From the IMG/VR virus record IMGVR_UViG_3300029267_004162, positions 198,651 to 262,650 of that record: 64,000 nt of DNA, one strand, 5' to 3'. This document shows positions 55,944 through 64,000 of the stretch, piece by piece; position 1 is the first letter of the stretch; every line of letters begins with the position of its first letter. A program made the translations under genes and the position numbers. The notes under the pieces were generated by a model. The model was given only the letters and a program-made list of their open reading frames with translations, had not been told where the DNA came from and ran no database searches.

Positions 55944-56422
55944 TGCTTCTTCAAGCTACTATTAACGATACACCGGTAGTTGAAAGGCTTGAGAGGGCAG
56001 CCTTTCGAGCCCAATATCATGAACCCGAGAAATATATCAAAAGAATCCTGACCAAGTCAGGATTCGGATGGATTTATCTACAGAGATATGGGGGGTTTAC
56101 TCTTCCTTCGTATCCAGCTTCTCCCTGGGGGGCGGTTGGGTATGTCTTGGGTGAATTTCGATCTGTTAAAAAGGCTCCTGTTTGTCAATTGTTCTCAATA
56201 GGAATCCTCAAATCTTATCGAAATGAGGGTATCGCAGATGAATTGATGAATAAGTTTGAGGAGTCCGCGAGAAAAGAAACGGAAGACATGGTTCTCCAGG
56301 TCAATGTTAAGAACATCGCTGCTCTTAGGATGTATCAAAAGAGAGGATACGTGGTTGACCGATACTTGCCCGATTTTTATTCTGGGGGCGAACACGCTCA
56401 TCAAATGCGTTTGATCCGCTGA
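55943..56422 (+). CDS. RimI-like GNAT acetyltransferase
   Basis: SIGILKSYRNEGIA, LQVNVKNIAALRMYQKRGY......FY..GEHA..M. Confidence 0.88.
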   Translation: MLLQATINDTPVVERLERAAFRAQYHEPEKYIKRILTKSGFGWIYLQRYGGFTLPSYPASPWGAVGYVLGEFRSVKKAPVCQLFSIGILKSYRNEGIADELMNKFEESARKETEDMVLQVNVKNIAALRMYQKRGYVVDRYLPDFYSGGEHAHQMRLIR

Positions 56423-56469
56423 TCTGCTTGAAGTAGAGGCGGACACACACTCTATCAAAGGAGCATACT

Positions 56470-56886
56470 GTGATAACCCAGAAAGACGACCTAGCCAAGC
56501 AAATTACTGCCCTCACCCCCATGGGTGATTCCCAAGAAGTTGATTCCGTCAATCTACCTGCTGTTATTGATGGGATATGGGGTAATGTAGAAACTTTGGT
56601 TGAGAAGTGGAAGGCAGACAAACCTGACGGTGTCATGGGCTTTACTTCTTTTATCTTTGATTCAACCGCTGAACTGATGGGCCTCTTTGATGATGTAACG
56701 GCTTTTATTGGTGTGGAAGATCGAAAGATTTTGGTTGCGGATACCGTTCGCTACATCTACGGGAAGGTTGATCCTGACCTGCCGTGGATTCCAGAGCCTT
56801 TTGAGTCCAAGTTGGAAGCTTATATCATGGACAATATTTGGCCTGCCGTTGTGAATGTACTCTTTGCTCGTTTTGCTAAGAAATAA
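56470..56886 (+). CDS. hypothetical protein
   Basis: 138 aa; GGAG RBS. Confidence 0.65.
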   Translation: MITQKDDLAKQITALTPMGDSQEVDSVNLPAVIDGIWGNVETLVEKWKADKPDGVMGFTSFIFDSTAELMGLFDDVTAFIGVEDRKILVADTVRYIYGKVDPDLPWIPEPFESKLEAYIMDNIWPAVVNVLFARFAKK

Positions 56887-56896
56887 CAGGTCTACC

Positions 56897-56932
56897 TCAT
56901 CCGGCACCCCAATTGATGGTGGTGCCGGATGA
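56897..56932. other. perfect 12-bp inverted repeat (hairpin)
   Basis: TCATCCGGCACC/GGTGCCGGATGA; no clear U-tract. Confidence 0.6.
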
Positions 56933-56953
56933 AGTCCCAATCGGAGGTAACAA

Positions 56954-57430
56954 GTGAAAATAGTCATCTATCCTGATAACATCCTCCGCGTCCCTTGTAC
57001 ACTTGTGGCAGGTCGATTGGTTTCAGACGACATAATTGATCCTATGCTGGCGTTGGCAGGGAAGTTGAAAGCCGCTGGGTTGGCTGCTCCCCAGGTTGGT
57101 ATAAGCGAATCCTTCTTTTTGGCTAAGACAGAAAAAGACTTCGAACTCTTTGTCAATCCCGTCATTACCCCCACTTCTTCATTACAAACAATTGGCCCGG
57201 AGGGGTGTCTCTCCTTTCCTGGAGTAGTAGTTGAAGTTCCTCGTTACACAGAAGTCCGTGTGGAATACACGGATCGAGTTGGCGAATTTCAAACAGTGGT
57301 GTTATCTGGAACAGCAGCTCGTATCATTCAACACGAAAATGATCATCTTCTAGGTAAATTGATAATCGATCATATGAGTTGTTCAGCCAAGATGTTCAAT
57401 TCGGCACTAAAGCGTCTAAAGAGAAAGTAA
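56954..57430 (+). CDS. def: peptide deformylase
   Basis: GLAAPQVG, EGCLSFPG, QHENDHLLG. Confidence 0.95.
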   Translation: MKIVIYPDNILRVPCTLVAGRLVSDDIIDPMLALAGKLKAAGLAAPQVGISESFFLAKTEKDFELFVNPVITPTSSLQTIGPEGCLSFPGVVVEVPRYTEVRVEYTDRVGEFQTVVLSGTAARIIQHENDHLLGKLIIDHMSCSAKMFNSALKRLKRK

Positions 57431-57439
57431 AGGGTAGTA

Positions 57440-57553
57440 ATGCACATAAGAACAGCGGTACCTCTTTGGTTATTCTCTGTTGTCACATGGATTGCAGCAG
57501 CAATTGCGTTCGCTGCGGGTTATTTTGTTAGGGGAATTATGGATGGTTCTTGA
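57440..57553 (+). CDS. small single-TM peptide (37 aa)
   Basis: Hand translation MHIRTAVPLWLFSVVTWIAAAIAFAAGYFVRGIMDGS. Confidence 0.35.
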   Translation: MHIRTAVPLWLFSVVTWIAAAIAFAAGYFVRGIMDGS

Positions 57554-57606
57554 GAAATAGGGGCCGTCGACTTCTTACTGACGGCGGTTGGTGTGGCAAT
57601 TGAAGT

Positions 57607-57678
57607 AGCCCCGTAGTTCAGTGGCAGAACGCAAGGCTTTGATCCTTGAAGTCGCAGGTTCGAATCCTGCCGGGGCTT
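57607..57678 (+). tRNA. tRNA-Gln(UUG)
   Basis: AGCCCCG/CGGGGCT, GTTC/GAAC, CAAGG-CTTTGAT-CCTTG, GCAGG-TTCGAAT-CCTGC. Confidence 0.93.
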
Positions 57679-57691
57679 TGGAGAAATAACA

Positions 57692-58594
57692 ATGGATATA
57701 GATGCAGCGTCTTACACCCCTAAAGACATTCCCAAGTATTTTCGGGTAGCCTTTGATTTCTTACCAATTAGTGACAACCCCCCGACTACTGTAAAACAAT
57801 TATCTCAGATGAAGCTAGTGGGAGTCAAGGGAATTAGTTCCGCTGGGACCATAGCCATGAATTGGTTTGGAGTCGCTCGGGACGGTATGCTGGCTATGCC
57901 AGGTGCAAAGCTGATTACCCTAAATAAGCTCTCACGAATTATGTATGACAACCCCAAGTATCTGATGCAGGATAACATGGCGGCTTTGAAACGCCTGTTT
58001 GCTGGTCAGGACACGGCTGGGGTTATTCATCGGGTGATGGAATACGCCGCCGCCATGGCCAAGAAAAAACTGGGGCGAGCTGATATTCATCATGCCATGC
58101 AGTATTCAGCGGTGTGGCAATCATTAGCTTCTGTAGCTCGTAAGCAATCCACCAAATTCAATACCGCTGAAAAACTAGCTCGTTGGGTTATGGCCTCCAT
58201 CCCTGAGGCTGTTACTTCCTATCATCGAGATGATCTATTGAAAGTAGATTACAAAATCTGGCTGCGTATGATAATCGAGGGATTGGGAGAGGTTGGTCGG
58301 GTGTATTCAGACGAGGAAGAATGGGTTATCAAAGGTGAGACTTTGAAGATTCCGCCCCGTTCTACCCTATACATCATGTATCCTAAAGCCACTAAAGAAC
58401 ACATAGAGATGTGGGCTGATCCCAAGCAGCGAGATTTCATGCGATATACTGGCGGGGCGCATATTATGGAACGACGAGAAAGAGTAGATGAGCTAATAAA
58501 AAAGTTTGGGTTAACTCGTAAGTTCATCACCAGGAAGGTTGATCCCCAAAAGTTTGATCGACAGCGAGCTAAATATCTTACCAATAGGTCATGA
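57692..58594 (+). CDS. hypothetical protein
   Basis: 300 aa; GGAG RBS. Confidence 0.7.
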   Translation: MDIDAASYTPKDIPKYFRVAFDFLPISDNPPTTVKQLSQMKLVGVKGISSAGTIAMNWFGVARDGMLAMPGAKLITLNKLSRIMYDNPKYLMQDNMAALKRLFAGQDTAGVIHRVMEYAAAMAKKKLGRADIHHAMQYSAVWQSLASVARKQSTKFNTAEKLARWVMASIPEAVTSYHRDDLLKVDYKIWLRMIIEGLGEVGRVYSDEEEWVIKGETLKIPPRSTLYIMYPKATKEHIEMWADPKQRDFMRYTGGAHIMERRERVDELIKKFGLTRKFITRKVDPQKFDRQRAKYLTNRS

Positions 58595-58818
58595 TTAAAC
58601 TCGCGGTATTGTGTCTGATTCTGGTTTGTTTCTTGGGTTGTTCTGTAGGACGACTTACTTTTGGTCCACCTTCTGAGAGAAAATGGTCTGATTTGGAAAC
58701 GGACTTCGATCTGTTAGAATTGAGAATCCAAAAGAACAGCCGCATTCTTTTGGGATTGGAACAACAGGGTCAGAGGCGGGATTGTCAACTACGATTGTAC
58801 TTGGAATTACGAGGGTAA
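58591..58818 (+). CDS. putative lipoprotein
   Basis: Signal peptide with lipobox FLGC followed by a coiled coil. Confidence 0.55.
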   Translation: MIKLAVLCLILVCFLGCSVGRLTFGPPSERKWSDLETDFDLLELRIQKNSRILLGLEQQGQRRDCQLRLYLELRG

Positions 58819-58825
58819 TACCATT

Positions 58826-59152
58826 ATGCCTAAAATGCGTACACCATCGGATACTAACAAGTTGAAATTACGATTTGAGATGGGGCCGGACGGAAAAATG
58901 CGGTTGACTGTCTCAGTCGTTGATTTTCCTGAGTCCACTTCGGTACTCGTCACCACCATAGTGGGGATGGGGGCGCGTCTTGTACTGTTACATCTTCAGC
59001 AAAACGTGAAGGATTGGCAAGAAACTGACGGAGGGTGGGAACGAATTTGGACTAAAGCGGGAATAAGGGAATTCTTGGCACACCAGCTTTTATCGGGAGG
59101 AGACCCCAGCGTAAACAGTCATTACGCAGTTAGTTTGTTGCACGTATTGTAG
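58826..59152 (+). CDS. hypothetical protein
   Basis: 108-aa ORF. Confidence 0.55.
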   Translation: MPKMRTPSDTNKLKLRFEMGPDGKMRLTVSVVDFPESTSVLVTTIVGMGARLVLLHLQQNVKDWQETDGGWERIWTKAGIREFLAHQLLSGGDPSVNSHYAVSLLHVL

Positions 59153-59166
59153 GAGGAGGAGAACTG

Positions 59167-60045
59167 ATGAACACGCTGACGGTTGTCGAGAGGGTGGAAG
59201 CTTTGTGTCAAGATGTCTGCCACCGCCCACAACATGTCTTTATAGCAGAACCAGATCTAGACTTAATTGAACAACTACGCAAAGTAGAGGAGTCGCCTAA
59301 GCAAGACCCGTTTCCTACTTCGATGACTTCTTCTGATGATAAGCTTTTGTTTTGGGTATTCTACGAGTTGTTGGCTGGATCGGTCAACTATTGTTATTGG
59401 GTAGGAAAATCTGAGGTTCGTCCTGGAGGTAGTAGAGCCAGTAAAATGTACGCTTTACTGGATCAGATTTTCGTGGAGGCTCGACAGGACAATACTTCCA
59501 AAAGCCGTATCATTTCGTCTTTTAACCAGGTACTACTAAAGGAAGGCTTTCCTCTTGTAGAGAAGAGATGTCGTCATACCCAAGAAATTACTCCCGAACT
59601 ATGCCAACATGTCTATGAATGTCTGCAACGAGGGGCCTGGGACAACTGCCTTCAAGCTGTCATCACGGCTTGCCCAGGATACGCAGACGATCCTTTTCTG
59701 AAAAGATTGTTCCTGGTCTTCATGCAACTCCACCGTAGGACAAGTCAATTTACTGATATGATGCGGTCTCACGTTCTGGTTCCCGCCGATTATCACGTGC
59801 CCAAGGTGTTGAGGGCTTTGAAAATACTCAGTTACTCAGATGAATTAGGCCATTTGGTGGCGAATTCAATGCCAATTCCATCCGGTTCTTCAATGGAGTG
59901 TGAAATTCGGGCCTCAACTATCTTAGCTTGTCAGCAGTTAGCACTTCAGGCTGGAGTATCGGTGGAACAAGTTGATCGATATTTATGGTATAACAAGTCC
60001 CGATATTCGGCCAATTTTCATCTAACGGTTACCTCGCACTATTAG
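59167..60045 (+). CDS. queuosine-salvage glycosylase/hydrolase-like protein (DUF2419/QNG1 family)
   Basis: NYCYW, DPFLKR, PADYHVPKVLRAL.ILSYS..L...GSSMECEIRASTI.AC...VDRYLW. Confidence 0.8.
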   Translation: MNTLTVVERVEALCQDVCHRPQHVFIAEPDLDLIEQLRKVEESPKQDPFPTSMTSSDDKLLFWVFYELLAGSVNYCYWVGKSEVRPGGSRASKMYALLDQIFVEARQDNTSKSRIISSFNQVLLKEGFPLVEKRCRHTQEITPELCQHVYECLQRGAWDNCLQAVITACPGYADDPFLKRLFLVFMQLHRRTSQFTDMMRSHVLVPADYHVPKVLRALKILSYSDELGHLVANSMPIPSGSSMECEIRASTILACQQLALQAGVSVEQVDRYLWYNKSRYSANFHLTVTSHY

Positions 60046-60054
60046 GATGATTCA

Positions 60055-60231
60055 ATGAATCCAGACCATGAATCATTGCTCGATGATTTGCTAGCTGATG
60101 AGGATACTGGCTTCACTGGTTGGGAACTTGATTTTCTCGACAGTTTGGATAAGGTGCGCAGCCGTCCCCTGAGTGAAAAACAAGCGGGTGTATTGTATAA
60201 GCTCGCGCGCAGGGCGGGGCTGCTCGACTAA
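60055..60231 (+). CDS. small hypothetical protein (58 aa, WE.DFL...LSEKQ motif)
   Basis: Hand translation; too short for the ORF track. Confidence 0.55.
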   Translation: MNPDHESLLDDLLADEDTGFTGWELDFLDSLDKVRSRPLSEKQAGVLYKLARRAGLLD

Positions 60232-60241
60232 GGAGATACAC

Positions 60242-60517
60242 GTGCCGACCGTTGATGAAGTAGTACAACAAAAAATCGAGCAAGTCTTGGTGGAAAAAGG
60301 TGTCTGCGATAAGGACACGGCACAAGAGATAGCTCTCGCTCTACTTGTATTAGAGCGAGAGGTATTCAACGCAGACATCGAAGCAATGAGGGCTGACATT
60401 CGGAAGCAAGCAGAACGTCAAGATCGATTGTGGAATCACATTTTTGCAGTGACACCTCCTAAGTCCTCTCTTTGGAAGCGTTTATGGGGATCGTTAGTAA
60501 AGAAGAAAGGAATTTAG
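60242..60517 (+). CDS. hypothetical protein
   Basis: GTG after AAGGAG; coiled coil. Confidence 0.55.
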   Translation: MPTVDEVVQQKIEQVLVEKGVCDKDTAQEIALALLVLEREVFNADIEAMRADIRKQAERQDRLWNHIFAVTPPKSSLWKRLWGSLVKKKGI

Positions 60518-60518
60518 G

Positions 60519-60746
60519 ATGTCTGAGTCGTCAATACCAAAAATTGAGCTGTCTGAGTCAGACTTTGCAGGGATCAGATCGCAAATTGAGAAAGTCGCTG
60601 ATCCTATAATTAAGGAGATTTTGACCAAGCTGGTAGACAACCAAGAAGTCGCGATGAACAACACCGCTCGATTCGTTGCTATCGTAACTCGACTAGTTGA
60701 TGTAATTGATGTAGTGGAAAAAGTGGCTAGGAAAACGGCGGACTAG
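60519..60746 (+). CDS. hypothetical protein
   Basis: 75 aa, helical. Confidence 0.55.
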   Translation: MSESSIPKIELSESDFAGIRSQIEKVADPIIKEILTKLVDNQEVAMNNTARFVAIVTRLVDVIDVVEKVARKTAD

Positions 60747-60750
60747 GTAG

Positions 60751-61188
60751 ATGGAAGAATACGTGAAAATCATGGCTCACGTGGAGGGCGAGGCAGAACC
60801 TCGTCAGTTTTCTGCTGTGCGGGATGCCGTTGATTATGCTAAAACGTACCACCCTCGTGTTACTACCATCCATGGTTGGAAACAGCACAAAGGCAGACTG
60901 TTCATAGCAGCGACCTGGGTTTGGCCTACCTTGGAATACTCCAGTGTTACTCATTATCCCTACTCTGGAGAGTATAAGAAAGAATTCGCTTGGTTGGAAC
61001 GACAATTGGCATGTCGCTATGCAGGACAAAATTCTTCTACCAAAAGAGTTAAGCGGGAGAGACGCCACATTCGATGCTTGATTTCTCATGCAGTATTCGT
61101 TTGGGATAACACATGTGGACACCGCCCTTCTCTTCATGGAATTATGGTTAATGCTTTGAATGATGCTTGTTGGCGTTTGCAAAGGTAG
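60751..61188 (+). CDS. hypothetical protein
   Basis: 145-aa ORF. Confidence 0.55.
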   Translation: MEEYVKIMAHVEGEAEPRQFSAVRDAVDYAKTYHPRVTTIHGWKQHKGRLFIAATWVWPTLEYSSVTHYPYSGEYKKEFAWLERQLACRYAGQNSSTKRVKRERRHIRCLISHAVFVWDNTCGHRPSLHGIMVNALNDACWRLQR

Positions 61189-61195
61189 GTGATAC

Positions 61196-61867
61196 TTGTC
61201 GTCAGACAAAATAAACATTCCCGCTGAAGCTATTGAACAATTCGGTGATGACACTCTCCCCAACCAGTTAAAAGTCTGGGAGATGATTCAAGAGGGAACT
61301 CTTCACCCTGAGGATTCAGAGGATGACCTTGCCTCTGGTACCACCATCGAAGAGATTAACCAACTCGTTAACCTTTACTCTCTTATCCCCTCTGATAATG
61401 GGCTTGTTCCAATTGCTCTCGCCCGATTTCCTGTTCTGTATAATTACAACTGGCTTTCTCAGAATTCGAAAGCTACTAAACTGATGGAACAATGGGGGTA
61501 CCTTCATGATGAAATAGCCGGAATTTATCTAATTATCCGCAATATGAAGATGGTTCTGATTAGCACGGCTTGGCTTAATTTCATTGCTTTGACGCTGGCC
61601 GGCGGTGAAAGCTATACACTGGCCGAATCAAATGATGTTTCAATCAAATGGAACGAAGAAGGAGGCAATAAAACCGGGAGGGTTTTGGATTGGTTAAAAG
61701 AGAACGTTTTATCCCTAGGTGATTGTGTTTTGTTCAATCAATTCCGTTCGCGGTTTTGGAATAGCGGCTACTATTGTGTAGTTGTTATGCCAGAAGGGGA
61801 AGCCGATTTGTTGTATGCGGCTGGGATCGAATCTCGTGCTATAGCTAATTGGCAATACTGTAGGTAA
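61196..61867 (+). CDS. hypothetical protein
   Basis: 223-aa ORF. Confidence 0.65.
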   Translation: MSSDKINIPAEAIEQFGDDTLPNQLKVWEMIQEGTLHPEDSEDDLASGTTIEEINQLVNLYSLIPSDNGLVPIALARFPVLYNYNWLSQNSKATKLMEQWGYLHDEIAGIYLIIRNMKMVLISTAWLNFIALTLAGGESYTLAESNDVSIKWNEEGGNKTGRVLDWLKENVLSLGDCVLFNQFRSRFWNSGYYCVVVMPEGEADLLYAAGIESRAIANWQYCR

Positions 61868-61878
61868 GGAAGAGGGTC

Positions 61879-62667
61879 ATGGCGAAGACAACCCGGATTT
61901 TGAAGGGCATGGAGTGGGAAGACATAAGACAACTCCTAATTAATGAGGAGATGACCGCTGCATCAGGGCAAAATCGAGAATCGGAAATCGATTCTGATGT
62001 AAACACTTTGATTGGTTCCAGTCAAGCGGTAATTAAACCGCAGGCGGTTTGTGTTACTAATCAAGTAGAGAAGGAATTCCAAAAAAGAGAACAAAACCCC
62101 GCTCGGATTCAGAAAATCACCGCTGATTTCAAAACAAAGAATAAGACGATGCGGTCTTATTTGCTAGCTCCTGTAATTCGTGCTCCAATAGTCTTTACTC
62201 GTGGGGTTTTGGATTGCCTTCCCAATCATCCTTATATGAAGGATTGGGAATTCGGTTGGGAGGGTAAAGTAGCCTATGCCAGGCGGGCTATTGTTGTGGG
62301 GTGTTGGGATAAATACTATCAAACTATTGCGAGTGAGGCAGACTGGAACGGGGATATCGAAGATTCCATGGCTATAGCCAGGGCATTTGAAGTTATCGAA
62401 ATGGATAATTGGACTACTGCTCAAGATTTGTTGGTCCAAACTTATTTTGATAAACACATTTTGCCCCGAAAGAAGAAAACCATTCGGTTGACTCCGGTTG
62501 AAAGGGTGAAAACAAAATTGTATTTGGGAGCCGGAACCGGATTTAACGCAATGTGTCCAGGAGTGGAAGACTTTTATTGGTCATTAGCTTTCCCCACTTG
62601 TATTCGGGCCAACGCTACGTTGGAAACCGAAAGAAGATCTTTAGATTTTGTTTTTATGGTGGCATAG
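61879..62667 (+). CDS. hypothetical protein
   Basis: 262-aa ORF. Confidence 0.7.
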   Translation: MAKTTRILKGMEWEDIRQLLINEEMTAASGQNRESEIDSDVNTLIGSSQAVIKPQAVCVTNQVEKEFQKREQNPARIQKITADFKTKNKTMRSYLLAPVIRAPIVFTRGVLDCLPNHPYMKDWEFGWEGKVAYARRAIVVGCWDKYYQTIASEADWNGDIEDSMAIARAFEVIEMDNWTTAQDLLVQTYFDKHILPRKKKTIRLTPVERVKTKLYLGAGTGFNAMCPGVEDFYWSLAFPTCIRANATLETERRSLDFVFMVA

Positions 62668-63038
62668 TGGATCATCCTTGGGAAGTAGTCTCTTATCAAT
62701 CCGGTACTTGTATTGTAACCAATAACGCACCAAATACTCCCCATTTTGGTTTGGGTGCCGCCCGTGACGGGGATGAACATCGCTTGGGTGAAGCTCTAGC
62801 TAAATTCCTCAATGATGACCAGGGGAGTGAGACATCGCCTGTAAAAGATTTCCAGCGTGTTAATGAGGAGAAGCTGGTCTCTGCTAACGGAAGAACTTTT
62901 GTGGAGGCAAGAGGCCCTTTTTATGATGAAGATCCGCCCGCTTGTAACTGGAAGACTTGTATGAAAGCAAGTTCTTTAGATGCTAGGGCGAGGTTGATTG
63001 ATACGGTACATTTACGGCCAACTCTGGTCGTGGGTTAA
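62553..63038 (+). CDS. hypothetical protein
   Basis: ORF; true start probably the GTG near 62667. Confidence 0.55.
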   Translation: MSRSGRLLLVISFPHLYSGQRYVGNRKKIFRFCFYGGIVDHPWEVVSYQSGTCIVTNNAPNTPHFGLGAARDGDEHRLGEALAKFLNDDQGSETSPVKDFQRVNEEKLVSANGRTFVEARGPFYDEDPPACNWKTCMKASSLDARARLIDTVHLRPTLVVG

Positions 63039-63056
63039 CTTGAAAGAAGGTGTAGT

Positions 63057-64000
<944 letters not shown>

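Overview
This 64 kb window looks like a piece of a large (jumbo-like) contractile-tailed bacteriophage genome in the standard genetic code. Two minus-strand blocks carry late/structural genes: 0.1-7.2 kb (Tad1-like anti-defence protein, probable baseplate/tail proteins, dCMP deaminase) and 31.4-38.8 kb (tail sheath, ADP-ribosyltransferase-fold protein, SNF2 helicase). Plus-strand operons start at near-consensus sigma70 promoters and encode replication/recombination functions (beta-clamp, UvrD, family A DNA polymerase with a UDG-like N-terminus, XPD-like helicase, primase, HU, Cas4-like nuclease, RecA). They also encode nucleotide and auxiliary metabolism (QueD, 5'(3')-nucleotidase, NDK, pyruvoyl arginine decarboxylase, QNG1-like hydrolase, deformylase, GroES, ClpP) and an RNA ligase beside tRNA genes. 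The main observations are: (i) a tRNA-Lys(UUU) split in its anticodon by a 612-nt group I intron carrying a frameshifted HNH gene, preceded by two unannotated structured RNAs; (ii) a Zn-finger/endonuclease/DNA-methyltransferase fusion right after the tRNAs; (iii) a five-gene Fe-S/GNAT/methyltransferase cassette at 51.7-56.4 kb that looks like an uncharacterised modification pathway; (iv) a scattered anti-defence and ADP-ribose toolkit. All protein assignments come from motif recognition by eye; no database searches were run.
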